From Felis catus (taxonomy: Eukaryota): a DNA stretch of 64,000 bases. The number at the start of each line of letters is the position of its first letter. Within the stretch, counting starts at the first letter, position 1. A program made the position numbers and the translations under genes. The stretch covers positions 10,168,001-10,232,000 of the forward strand of contig NC_058368.1 in NCBI RefSeq assembly GCF_018350175.1. Direction: 5' to 3'. This document shows, piece after piece, positions 23,796 through 36,807 of this stretch. The notes beneath the pieces are model-generated. The model ran no database searches. It saw only the letters and a list, made by a program, of their open reading frames with translations, and was not told where the DNA came from.

Positions 23796-24189
23796 TTCCC
23801 AATTAGGGGATGTTCCCGGTGAGAGAGCCACTGATATTCACAAAAATCATGAAAACATTTAGAATTAGGTGGTGTTTTGTGATGTTATGACATGACTTGT
23901 CCCCCATCACTGGCCCTAATCTTGGTCAGAATCAAAGAAGAACAAGCTGACAGAGAGACCTAGGCTGTATCCCACCCCCACCACTGGACAGCAGCATGCC
24001 TGGACTTGTTCTACCTCAGTTTATACACCTGCGACACTGAAGAGGTGCCCCAGGTGCACACCACGTGAGCAGAAGGTCTTTGAGGAGACGAGCCCTGTGC
24101 ATCCCGCGGCCGGGGAGGAGACCTGTAAGCCAGAGGGTTTATGTGAGTTGGTGGGGAAACCCATCAGGAGATTCTTTTCTTCCCCCCCC

Positions 24190-24760
24190 ACCTTTCTTTA
24201 AGTGAGAACATTTAGGTTCTACTCTCTCAACAAATTTCAATTAGACAATACAATGTCATCAACTGTCGTCACCACGGTTATACGTTAGATCCTCAGACCT
24301 TATAACTGAAAGTTTGTATCCTTTTACTAAGCTCTCCCTGTTTTCCCCACCTCCATCTCCTGACAACCACTGCTGTCTCCTCTATTTCTACGAGTTTGAC
24401 TTTTTTTTTTTTTTTTTTGATTCCACATTTAATTGGTACCAGGCAGTATTTGTCTTTGTCTGGCTTATTTCACATAGCATGATGCTCTCCAGGTTCATCT
24501 GTGTTATTGCAAAAGACAGGATTTCCTTTTTTGTTTCTTTTTTCCTTTTGGAGAAACATCCAGAAGTGGGATTGCTGGATCATACGATATTTTTATTTTT
24601 AATTTCTTGAGGAACCTCCATACCGTTTTCCATAGTGGTTGTGTCAGTTTATATTCCCACCAGTGGGGCACGAGGGTCCCTTTTCTTCGCATCCTTGTCC
24701 ACATGTGTCATCTCTTATCTCTTTATAATAAGACATCCTAACAGGTCTGAGGTGACGGGA
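24190..24760 (-). mobile_element. L1MA-type 3' end with internal deletion
   Basis: L1 3' UTR joined near 24540 to the ORF2 C-terminus (ORF 24504..24704: [27 protein letters not shown]). Confidence 0.88.
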
Positions 24761-25779
24761 ATCTTTAAAATGCAGCCGAGAAGTCACAAAAAGTCCTTGG
24801 GACACCAGCTGATCCGAGAAAGACAGACAGGAAAATTAAGGTCACAGAAGTTACATAATTTGCCCGTGGGCAGAAAACCAGAGAGTGGCAGGTGGGCAGT
24901 TCCGTAGGGCAGTGGGGAGCTTCGAGCAGAGGGTGGCATGAGGAAAGGGTCTGCAGGCAAGTGGATCTGGGTTCGAGAAGAATCAGGGATGGGAGCTTCA
25001 AGAGTCAGGGAGACCCAGAAACCACCAGGTTGGGGGGGATGGGAGCAGAGAATAACAGGATTGAATGACTAGTTGGGTCGGTCAAGAGGACAGATGGCCA
25101 GAAAGGGGGCACAAGATGACTACCCTCCCGCGTTTGGGCAGCTGTTCAAACGGTGGTTCTGCTTCCAGGAAAGTGAGGAGAAGGAAGAATTAAAAAGGTC
25201 TCAGACTCGGGGACCGGGCAGCTGGTTCAACGGTGGGGCCATCCCAGGGAAATGAGACTAGAACAGCTCTAGGCATGCTGGGATCCAGGAGCCATAAGAT
25301 GGAAGCCATCTCTCCAAAAGGAGAGACCCTGCAGCCCGGGAAGTGAAGGCTGCCCGGGATTCTGGGAACAGTGGAACCCCCACCTCCACCTCCCAAACTT
25401 CATGAAGGGCATGCACCAATGTCTCTGGCTCCAGGCTTTGCCTCTGGCTCTTCTCTCCCTTGTGCTCAAGTCTTCAGGCTTCCGATCGCCCAAGATCTGT
25501 CCCCCAAACCTGATCCTTTTTTATTAACGTGTGTGCATTAGCGCCTCTGAATTGCCGACCCTGAGCATCACCATTAGGTGCTTGGCTCCCTGGGCACGCG
25601 ATCAACAGTGACGCTGACATTTCTGAGTGAGAACAAGACACTCTCCACACAGCCTTCCCTGCCTCCACTCACGCTGCAGTGACCACCGTGGGGCGGTGTC
25701 CCAGGCGGGTCCCTCCAGCGCTCCAGACCTCTACTTCTGATCGTCTGGGAGATCTCTCTTCCTGGCTATCTCAACAGGA

Positions 25780-26545
25780 GCTTTGATTCAGCATGATCTT
25801 GAGTGGCACGTCTTTTTCCTTTCGCCATGGTTTTCTAATAGCCTCTCCCCATGTACCTCGTCCAAAACCCGGAGCCATCCTTCACCCGCCCCACAACAAA
25901 GTCACGGAAGTCTGTTACTTCAGACATACACCATCATCTCCACTCCCGCTACTGCTGTGGTTCAGGCCCTCTACAGTTTTCTGTGGACTCCTGCAAACAC
26001 GTTCGGTCCCTTCTAATCTTTCCTCTTGCTACAGAGAGAAGGGTCTTTCTAAAATATCTTGCTGGCATTGGCTCTCCGTTGTTTGAGGATGAAATCTCCT
26101 TAGTGTGACATACACGCTCCTTCAGGATCTGACCCCCACTAATTGTTTTGCCCTTGTATCTTTCATCTCCTTGCTCAACTGCGTGGAGCTCCCTGACGAC
26201 ATCCGGCATCCAGCTCGCTCTGGCCTCTGCACTGGCCTACTTGCTCTGGCTCTTCCTGGAAGGCACTGCCCTTCTGGTCCTCCTGGAACGAATACTTCTC
26301 TCTCCAATGGCTTCTCCTTTGGGAAGCACCTCCCCACCCGGACCCGTCCAGCCAGAGTTAAGTGCTTCCTCTCTGTTGTTATAGTGCTCCCCCGCAACAT
26401 GGCATTTATTGCAGTGTTAAAATCATTGGCTCACCTGTCTGTAATCTCTTTTGTCTTTATAGCGCCAAGATCTGACACAATGTCCGGTATAGGTCCTGCG
26501 CTCAACAAACGCTGGTCTCGGCAAGAGAATGAATGAAGAAATGAA
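25780..26545 (+). mobile_element. L2 remnant
   Basis: Ends 'gcgctcaacaaacgctgg...gaatgaatgaa'. Confidence 0.7.
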
Positions 26546-26869
26546 CAGAGAGTTTCAGCGACGCTGTGCCACCCACACCCACCCTCATTCTGAAGGGTCA
26601 CTGCTTCCAGAGCTCAGGAGCTGGTAGACGAGCTGCAGGTTTGGGGAGGATAGATTCTGTTAAGCTGGATAATAAGTAGATTGACAATAATGTTTAGAAC
26701 CCAAATGGAACCTAGAGATTCCTTAGCCCACTTTCTCATTTTAGGGGACATGACTGGATAATGATGGGCTGCTGGACATCTTCTCTACCTCACCCAACCA
26801 GCCATGGGCAAGAGGGTCGGGGGCCCTTGGTCCATCTCATGTAGGATAGGAGGGGGCAGGACAAGCCTT

Positions 26870-27075
26870 AATAACAATAATAACGCAATAATAATAGCTA
26901 ATATGAGCAGAGCACCAACTCTACGTCTTGCACTGCTCTAAACACTTGACATACACTTTTCCATCTCACGTTTACTTTTTACCCTGGGGGTTAGGTACTA
27001 CGATTATGATCATTTCACAGTTGGGGAAATTAAGCTTCGTAAGCCATGTAGCTGTATCTCTAAACGCTACCATCC
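26870..27075 (-). mobile_element. MIR remnant
   Basis: 'ataatagctaat...catttcacagttggggaaattaagctt'. Confidence 0.6.
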
Positions 27076-30000
27076 TTTAAAAAAAAAAAGGATTGTACTT
27101 CTGCAATGTTTCCATATCCTGGCCTACTCTCTTCCCTTTGCCCTCTTCCTGCAGAGGTCCAGTGCCCTCACTTCAGTTATCCAAGGTACTTCATTTAAAT
27201 GCCCATGTTCCCAAAGCATCCCTACTCCTTCTCCCCTCCACTACTCATCCAAATCCTACTCAACTCAGTTCGCCTCTGGCTCTCTTTCCCCTCCCCTCCT
27301 CATATCCGGGAAAAGCCTGGTTTGGCTGTTTGTGGTGTAAGACCCACCACTGTCAGGGAGGTTTTGTTCCAGGACAGACTCTATGTCCTTTTGGTCACAT
27401 GAAATAAAATTCCAGGGCACCAAGAGTAAGAGACTCTACTCAGAGGTTTTCCCAGGCTCTGTAAATTCAGTTTCTACATCCAGCATTCGAGTAATAACAT
27501 CCAGGATGCTCCGAAAGATGCCCTCTTAATCACTCAATAATCCTGAACCTTCAGGAGGACCCACAGTCTACCCTATAGCTTACAGCTGAGCCTCTGAGCG
27601 GCATAACCGGTCTACCTGTTTGTTCCTTTCCCGAGAGCCCAGATTATGAGCCCGATAACCTGAAATGAGATTACAAACTTCTTTTGCCTGACTTGGCAGC
27701 CAAAGAGATGCGTTTCTTCTGAGTCTCTATATTTCAAAAAAATCCCACTGAGCAAGAAATTTAGGCAAGGGACTAGCAAGTGTTACTCTCTCTGAGCACA
27801 AATACAAAAGGGCACGTACCTATGAAAAAGTCTAGGATCTATTATTGCCTCTGTTTCTTTAAGACGGAAATACTTACGTCGAAAAAGCAGCAATCTCAGG
27901 CACCTTTGGGGATTTTCCCGAGCAGCCCCCATAACACTCTTGTAAAATTAATAGTAATTAGGATTATTGCTTAAACAACTTGTCATTTATATCTAATTAC
28001 CATGCACTACAATAAAAATGATGACAGATTCACTTTGGTGTAGCCCTTATTTAATTACAATCCTTAACTTCTATGGATTTTGTCTTAATAGTTTCCTGCT
28101 TACTTGTTACATTGTCTGTCCAGAACTGAAAAATATTTGAGAAATTAGTAATTCTAGGCTTATATTGGGGTGTCTTTTTCTTCCTTTATCCTTTTTTCCT
28201 TAAAGCAGGGCGGGAAGAGCTCAGCTTGCTGTGTTTCGTCTTGGTCAGTGAAGGCGGAGATCCTGCCCCCACACACCCCCACCCCAAAGTCCTTTCCTAC
28301 TTCTGGGGCCACTTCTGAGAAGGCGGCTGCTTAGTCTGCTCCCAAGGGAGTTGCATGTGGGCTCGAGGGCAATGGCGGTGGAGTGGGACCCATGTTCCGG
28401 GCTGGGGTCTGGACAGCATCCTGGACGCCGCAGCCATCCTGGGGGAGCCGGTAACGCTGAGCCCAGACTTGCCCCACTGGACCTCAGCCTGCAGGGGAGT
28501 AGGGGCTGCTGAGAGCCAACCCCTCCCCCCCCCCCCCCCCCCCCGGCCTGGCTGCTTCGGGCCTGCTTTGCCAGGCAGAGGATGCGCAGCCACTCCATCC
28601 GGATGGAGGGTCTGGCTCAGGGGAGGACACCACCAACCCCGCAGGCCTGGCTTGGAGCCTGAGGGCAGAAAAGGTAAGGGGGCAGGGAGGGGGACCACAA
28701 CGTCCTGGGCTATGCGGTCTCTTGGGCAGAGCTCTGGGGCTTGGCTGGAATCCCCTAGGGTCCAGGGCCGATAACCCAATTTAAAGCCAGAGACCCTACT
28801 GGGTGCGCTGTGGTCTCCTCCCGCGTAAGGTCCTCCCTGTCCTTGCTGCTCCTTAACCACCTCTCCCCTAATGCACGCACCTCCCAGACCCTTCCGTCTA
28901 ACCCACGTGGCCAGCTTCGCCATGCTTCTTGCTCTCCCTCCTTTCCATGTCTTGCAACTTTTTTTTTTTTACACAGCCGGCTGCTTTCCACTATCATTCT
29001 TTGCTTTTCAAGGTCACAATTGCCTCCTCACATAAATCGGATTCATGCTAACGTGTCAAGGGTGTGAATACGTTCCAATTAATCCGTTTTATTTGATTTC
29101 AATTCAGCAAACATTTATGGGGCAATACCGTGTACGGAGCCCCAGAGAAAACTCAAACTTAAGTAAAATATAGTCTCTCGAGACTTTATACAACTAGCAC
29201 GGCTTTTCCTCACAGGACATGGTAGTAGGCTGAGATTTTTAAAATTTTAGTAACAGTGAAGTATTCAGGTAAATGTGTGCTAGAACTCTAGCAAGTACAT
29301 CAAAGCCTTGATTTCATAATTACTATTATTTAGGATGAGGCTAAAGAAGGTAGCATGTAAAACAAACAAGTCTATTTAAAGAAACATAGTAAGTAAATAA
29401 CAGAAATGACAAAAAGCCGGGCAGGGGATGACGGATTCGGATTCGTGGCTGCTTTTCGGAGGAGGAGCTCCGTAAGAGAGGAAGATTTGCAGATCAAAGA
29501 CATGCTCCTAATGAGGAGACGGGGAGGGGGCAAGAAAGGCTTCATGGAGGACGTGACATTAGAGACGGGTCTCCAAGGATGAGTAGGAGTTTTCCCAAGA
29601 CGGTGTGCAGTAGAGGCCATCCACATGGAGGAAACAGCACACGCCAAGTCAAGCGATTGAGGCACACGGGGCCCCGAGGGGCCGATACACGATGACTGCG
29701 GGACAGTGAGGTTAGAAGTGGATCATGAGGCGCGAAGAACTGGGTTTTGTTCTTTTCGCCGTTGTGACCCACGCAACCCATCTATCAAAGGGAGCTTTCC
29801 TGGGGACAGGATCTGCACACTGTGGGTGAGATCAACTAATGGAAAGTGATTTCCCGGAATATGACTGGCATCTAAAGGAAAGATGGACGGTCGTTCACAC
29901 CAGAGTTCTTCCAGAAGACGCGCAAGTGGTGTTTGGTGAAGCCTTTGTTTTCTGAGTGGGCGCTGCGTCATGATGGAAAGTGGGTGGCGGCTCTAAAAGT

Positions 30001-31391
30001 CTGAAACCAGTGGCTCCGTGTAGGGAGCCTTTGCTCTACCCATTAGATTCTTGTTCGCTCGCCCACGATCGAAGGAAGCTTCCACCATCGTCAGAGGATG
30101 GCCGAGCTACGGGGGGCATTTTGTAGTTGAGGGTGAGTTTTGAGCTGCTTGTGGCCAGCCTGGGGTCTGATCCTTTGCAAATTGCACTTGCCCTGGCCAC
30201 ACGGTGACTGGGCTGTGCCTGGCAGGGGGCTCCCCGTTGCCGTCCCGAATAGCGACAGGATCTGAGTCTCCCGGCATGAGGCGGGTGTGGGATGGTGCGG
30301 AATCCAGGCGGTGCAGGAGGCTGTGGGTTGAAGGCACTTCAAAGCAAAAGGGCTGGCCTGTGTGGCACATATTTAAGTCAGCTGTGGGAAAACAGGCACA
30401 CAGCAGTTATTTTTAGTTTGTGTTAGAAACTGGAAGAGCCAGAGTTGCTCATAGAGTACTGGCTTTGGATGTAGGAGAGGAAGACTTTTTCAGCTCTACC
30501 CTAACTTCTGTGCCCACAGCCAGGGGGAAGGAGCCGAGGAAAGACAGCAGACAGCACAGCCAGCCCATTGTGGGCTCGTTCGAGTCTATCATCACCGTCT
30601 CCAGACTTATTCCATCTCCGAGGGCTCCAGCCTTCCTCCGGTTCCACCTGCTCCTTCATAGAATACCCCTCCCTCTCTGAATGCCCTCCCAAGGCAAGAC
30701 CCAGAAGTTTCTTTCTTTTTTGGGTGTGCAAGACTGATAATAGCTTGAACTGACCCTTGCAGAAGATTTTGTGCTTCAGCGAGGCTGGGTACCTTAATGT
30801 GAAGAAGAAAGCTCTAGCTGGACTCTGACATTGGTCACTGAGCAGAGCATCTGTCGGGGACGTGGAGTCCTTCTTGACACAGTTAAAGCACAGTATGTAG
30901 GTAGTTTCTCATCCCATGTGTGCATACACTCAAATTTGGCTGGCACCACGTAGAGCTTGGCTTTTAAGGCTGGAAAGAACCGGACCAAACGTCCTGTCTT
31001 TTCTGTAAAGAAACCAAGACCCAGAGGATTGAAGTAAGCTAAGTTCAACTGTATAGGTATTTTTTGAGCACCTACTCTGTGCTGGACAGCATGCTCGACG
31101 CAGGGAAGCAATGGTTAACGTGATCCAGTACCTACCTTTATTTCTCCACCATCATACACCCACCTGCGCAGACTCAGAGTGGGATTGTCACTTCTGCGGC
31201 TGGTGTGTCACTGAGAGTGGACAGATAGGGCACCAGATTCTTGGCCCGGATGGAGCTGTGTGTGAACAGTGACTCAGAAATGGTTTCTGTCGAGTCTAGG
31301 AACGGAGCTAGGGGAAGAGTAATTGTTGTGACTCTGAAGTCTTGGGAGATAAGGGAAGATCCAGCAGGCAGGGATTAAAAATGCAAACCGA

Positions 31392-31600
31392 GGGGTGCCT
31401 GGGTGGCGCAGTCGGTTAAGCGTCCGACTTCAGCCAGGTCACGATCTCGAGGTCCGGGAGTTCGAGCCCCGTGTCAGGCTCTGGGCTGATGGCTCAGAGC
31501 CTGGAGCCTGTTTCCGATTCTGTGTCTCCCTCTCTCTCTGCCCCTCCCCCGTTCATGCTCTGTCTCTCTCTGTCCCAAAAATAAATAAACGTTGAAAAAT
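31392..31600 (+). mobile_element. Young Can-SINE (SINEC_Fc)
   Basis: TSD aaaatgcaaaccga at 31378-31391 and 31601-31614. Confidence 0.97.
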
Positions 31601-31761
31601 AAAATGCAAACCGAGGAATTTGGTGGCTATAAGCTTCTCTTAATTCAACCGAATTCAACAAATATTTGTTGAGTGACTGTGCCCGTGACTGACAAGGGTA
31701 CCGAGAACACAAAAACGAATGAGGCCCGTTTGCTAACGTGAGAAAGTCTGTGACACGGTCT

Positions 31762-32176
31762 GCTGTGGTTTTCAAACCGCAGGTCCCGGCCCGCCAGCGG
31801 GTCATGAAATCGGCCTAGCGGATGATAATAAGCACGACTCGGGGGAAAAAAAAAAAAGGAAATAAAAGAGAATAGAATAAGAAGGAGAGTGCATCAAGTA
31901 TATTAAAGGGAAATAGCGTTTCATAAAATCAGGACTTTCAAACTTTCTTTTATATCAAAATCCTCCCTGAGAGCGTGTTAAACACACACATGTATGCATG
32001 CTATAAATCATGTGTGCATGAGTGTGTATATATATATATATATATACATGCTCACAATGTTTTCTGAGCTTATGTACGTGTATTTACACATATGTAATTT
32101 ATAGCATGCATGCATGTATATGTTTAACAGATTCTCACCGAGGATTGTGATATAAAAGAGAGTTTAGAAGTCGTGG
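31762..32176. mobile_element. hAT-Charlie-like MITE with internal inverted duplication
   Basis: Left end ctgtggttttcaaaccgcagg, right end agtttagaagtcgtgg resembling degenerate CAGTGG..TTCAAAC TIRs; exact family uncertain. Confidence 0.6.
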
Positions 32177-33819
32177 TTCACAGTACCTAACGTTGCAAGG
32201 GCTGATATTTCAGGCATACGTGCCTGTGGTGGGACCCCGGCCAATCCGTGAGCGACAGCGTGGCAGTTATCCAGTGCCACAGTGACCCTGCCTAGCAAAC
32301 AGCACAAAACCTCAGTGGCATCCAACACTCCCTGCTGGTTTCTCACATGCCCGCAGAGTCAGCTGCGCTCATCACGCCTGGCTGGCTTACGTGTGGAAAC
32401 CAGCAGGCTGTCAGCTGATCTAAGACCTGAGTGGCCGGGACGCCTGGGACAATCTGAGATGAGTGTCCCTCATCTTCTAGCAGGCTAGACCTGGCGTGTC
32501 CTTATGCTGATGGCATAAGCAAGAAGACACGTCCAGTTGTGCAAACACTTTTTACGCCTCTGTTTGCGGCACGTTTTCTAATTTTCCATTGACCAAAGCA
32601 GCAAGTTTCCACGCCAAATCTAGAAACGAGGTGGGAAGACATTGTAACCTGGCAGGTGACGAGGGCCATTTTCACAGTTTGCCACAACAATGAGTGATGA
32701 ACTTGGATTTGCTTTGATTGATTCTGTCCCCAGGCTATTGGTCTTCCCTTCTCTGATCTTGACTTTCAACAGCTGGTGCCTAGAATTCTGGAAGGTAGGA
32801 CAGGAGCCTCTCTTCCCTTTGCGGGAACATCCTTGTCCCTCTAACTCTGCATTTGGTTCCAGGGGAAAGTTCCATTCAACCGTTCCAGCAAGGGGAAGGC
32901 TTCATCCCATTTCTGTTGTGGAAGGAAACCAGACGTGTGACCTTGGGCAAGTTACTTACCTTCTTTGGTCCTCAGTTTCCCCACGGTAAAGGAAGGGGGG
33001 TGACCATATGGGTCCGAAGATCTCTTCCAGCTCAGTCTTTCTCTGGCTCTTTCCCTGACTGCCTTGCTCGTGGTACAGATCTGTTGTTCCTGTACTCACT
33101 CGTCCCCCCAGTGCTTGTAGCAGAGCAAATCCATGCTGGCCTTTTTCTGCCAAGAGTGAATATTGCCTCAGAATTCTCCTCGACATAGTACTTGATCACT
33201 ACTGTTGATCAGAATACACATGCAAGGTCAGCTGTGTCCTACTTATTTGGTGAGGCTGGAGGAAGCATCTCTCTCTCTCTCTCTTTCTCTCTTTAAACCA
33301 CTAGGAGGCCATGGAATCTACCCAAGCAGTTGGAAAAGCAGCAATGTATTCATTTTAGACTAATTTAGAGAAGCAAGCTGGGAAATGCTTGGGCTGCTCC
33401 TTGAAACGAATTTGGATCCTCTTAAGAGCTTACACAAGCTATAAAATCTCCCTGTGGTGGGAAGTCTTGAATACTCGCTGAGGAAAGGGAGAGGATTTGC
33501 CTCTTCCAATGTCACCACACTTTTAACCACACAACATATGACCATAACCAAAATAAGAAGGTAAGAATACCTCCAAGTAAAGAGGAATTTGAAGGCCACT
33601 TTTAGGGTACCAGTCACCTGAGCTAAAACAATCCCCTCTGATTTTTAGACTGTCCAGAGGAGGGACGGGAGTGATAGTGAACAGTATAGGTCTTGAAGTC
33701 CATATATCTCCACAGTCTATTCATCTGTCTGTGTTCCCCTGGGAGCTGGCCCAGGACCTTGGGCAGAGGCTGGGCACCAAAACATCGAGCTGGGCGATCA
33801 GTGACCTGGTCAGCGGCAC

Positions 33820-34215
33820 AGACAGCCTGTGTGGGGATCCTGGTTCCAGCAGTTACTAGTTGTGTGAATTGTGTGAAGCTGGGAAAGTTCATTGGCCTCT
33901 CTGTGCCTCAGTTTCCCTATATTTATTTGCGTGTTTGTTTGTTTGTTTAGAGGGGAGAGGGGAGAGAGACAATCCCAAGCAGGCTCAGTGCTGTCAGCGC
34001 GGAGCCCGACACAGGGCTCGATCCCGGGAACCGTGAGATCACGACCTGAACCGAAATCAAGCGTCGGACGCTTGCCTGACCGAGACGGTCAGGCGCCCCT
34101 GTTTCCTGACATCTAAAATAGGGAACATAATCTCCTTTACAGAGTTGTGAAGGTTGATGGAAACATGCAGATAAAGTGCCCAGTGGCCAGCTCACGATAC
34201 ACTCGATCAAGGTTA
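33820..34215 (+). mobile_element. MIR split by a SINE
   Basis: 'cctctctgtgcctcagtttcc' before the SINE and 'catctaaaatagggaacataat...agagttgtgaagg' after it. Confidence 0.75.
33922..34099 (-). mobile_element. Can-SINE (older)
   Basis: Reverse copy ending ...caggcgcccc. Confidence 0.92.
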
Positions 34216-34763
34216 GAGGGTGTGGCCGTGTTGCCTTAGGCTGCCGTCATTATTTCAAAACTGAAGCTACTCTTTTGATCTTCCTGCTCTGAACATGGCT
34301 AAGACGACCATCTTTCTTTAGAGCCGTGGCTGATGGTGGCTTTGAGAGTTCCCGGAACAGTCACCCAGAATACCCCCCCCCTCCCTTTTTTTTTCGTCTT
34401 CTTCCCTAGGTTATGCTATGATCTTTTGACACACAGATGCTTTCACCATGTAGGTTCGTTGCACAACTCCCTGCAGCCTGCCTCTTTTCCTCTTCATCGG
34501 GACGATCTGCCACGGAATCTCCTAAATTTCAACCCGTAGAACTCCCCAAACCCTCTGGAGTTATTTTCTCTTTGAGAATCTTAAGAGCACAGGATCATAT
34601 CTATTTTCTGAAGCTATAGAGACAGCCGCTCAAGGAACAGATTTTCAAAAGGATACTTTATTCGATTAATTAGTCAATTCCCTTGTCGGAGATGCGAAAT
34701 TACCCCTAAACCATCCTGACTGAGGAGACTCTTACAGTGAGCAGCACGGAGATGTTGGGTTGT

Positions 34764-34798
34764 AACAATAGGAGAGCTCATTTGCAATGCAAATGAGC
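34764..34798. promoter_or_regulatory. SOX site plus palindromic octamer (POU) element
   Basis: AACAAT at 34764-34769; GCTCATTTGCA-A-TGCAAATGAGC at 34776-34798 containing ATGCAAAT. Confidence 0.45.
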
Positions 34799-36778
34799 AA
34801 CCAGCAGGCAAATGAATCCTTATGGGAAAACCACTCTAATCATAAAAACCACTTGCTTTGGGGAGACTGCAGTGTAAGGACAAGCAGAATCATAGCTCCA
34901 TGAATTCCCCTCTAATATAGGATATTAGAGAATTATCCAGGTAATTTTCTATGAAATTGCATTTGAGTAAAGCAAAATGCATTGCCGGGCAATAGATAAT
35001 ATCTTTAAAATGTGACTCCACAATTGTAGACTGAATTATTTATGGTTGTCACTATAGCTATGATAGTTTGGAAATAAAATAGTCAGGCTTTTCTCCCTGT
35101 TTTTATTTGTAGGAAAACAAGTCATTCAAGCTTTTTAGTGATACAATGTGACTTGCTGTCGATGGCAGTTACGAATTTTCAAGCTCTGCCAAGCACAGGA
35201 GTACCCAGAAGGGACATATGTTTTCTCTGCTTTGTGTTCCAAATTTGCCTTAAAAAAACATGCAATTATGTGAAGGCCTGATTTATATTTTCAAGGAAAA
35301 GCACAATAATGGCTCTGTTTTGTAGCCGTGTTTCTCCAAAACGGATTTATATTGCTGCCTTTTCAAAAGAAGTTGGCTAATGATCATTGGATTTTCGATT
35401 TCCGTCGTGACATATGAAAATTTGATGAGGTCTGAGAGATTTAAGAACTGTTTTCTTAAGTGCAGTGGAAATTTAGTTAACAGCGTTTTGTACTGCAAGC
35501 CTGAAAAATACTTACCTTTCATCCATTTCATTATTATTATTATTGTTATTATTATTATTATTACTATTGGTGGAAGGTGGGGGAAGGGGATGCAGGAAAA
35601 ATTGTTTTTGTAGCCAGGACGGAACAGAATGATTAGGATAACAAAGAGTGAACCCTGGAAGATTGGAAGGTTGTGGGAGTGTCATGAATGTAGGAGGAAG
35701 CAGGGACGGATAGGATATTTCCTGGGGATGGAGAGATGGCTCTGGGGAGAAAATGAGGCTTTTTGGTTACATTTATACTTTAATGAAGATTCCTGTAAAG
35801 CCCCTTATAAATCATATAATCACACCGGCTGTAGATTTCGTGCCCTTCATTACTACTATTTATGATGGCGTTCACACTCCTCTTTCAGCAGCATTTCTAG
35901 TAAATTTATTGAGAGAAGATGAGTTAGTCTCTTTCTGGATTGGGGAGCCCCCTCCTGGGAGGTAGGGCAATTTTTTTGTTGTTTATTCTCTTTCAGTAAT
36001 GGAAATAGAGCAAGGTCAAAGGCCAATTTCACATAATCAGGGAGTTAGTGGACAAATAATTGCACAGCGTTAAATTTCAGGAAGTTTTGAAGTTAAGAGG
36101 AAAGAAAAGGTATCGGGCAGTGAAAAGACAGAAGGAAGGATAACATACATGCGACATGTTTTTATTGCCTTGTACAAACCTAGAGTCACTTTGCGAGTTT
36201 AGGAATACATGTCTTATGTAACATATAGGCCCATAAAGTATGTTGTATGTTTAAAATCATAAAGACACAGAAAGATACGATGGAAAACAATGGGAATGAT
36301 AGCATGTCTTCCCCATCATTTGTCAATCTTAAGGGAAATAATTTTCAAAGTCTTTAAACAATTGTTTTACCCCCTGGAATTCACATCTAGGGTGCAGGAT
36401 GAGAAGTCATATGCTCTGAGAGGTGCCATCTTGGTAGACCTCAGATTCACGTACTTTTTTCTGTATGTGTTGTATGTAAGCCTCGTAAACTCTCATCTGC
36501 TTTTTTTGGATCTAGAGAGGTTTGGTCCAAGAAATTTTTCATTCGGTGGTAATAGGTTTTGTTGGGTAAGGGCAATGGTCCCTCAGTGGGATGGAATCAT
36601 CTTTGATACGATGGAGATGATTCCCCCAGTCAGCTTTTTAATACTACCTTTTGAGTTCAGGCCTTACCAGAAAAGCTCTACAGGGAAATTTTAACTAGAA
36701 ACTTTGGGTGGAGTGTTTTCCCTTCTGGAGCTGGGTTTCCAATTTGGTTCCTTGATGAAAGCAAATTAAAAAGTAATT

Positions 36779-36807
36779 ATGGGATCATTCAAGATAGAAT
36801 TTGAAAG
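36779..36807 (+). CDS. WDR95: Tentative first coding exon (MGSFKIEFE-R)
   Basis: ATG at 36779 and donor AAG|GTACTT at 36808, phase 2; not phase-compatible with the next exon found. Confidence 0.35.

Noticed and set aside
28245..29067. Long overlapping ORFs (up to 208 aa) in the GC-rich region
   Set aside because: Low complexity, open on both strands, no recognisable domain or splice structure; explained by GC content.
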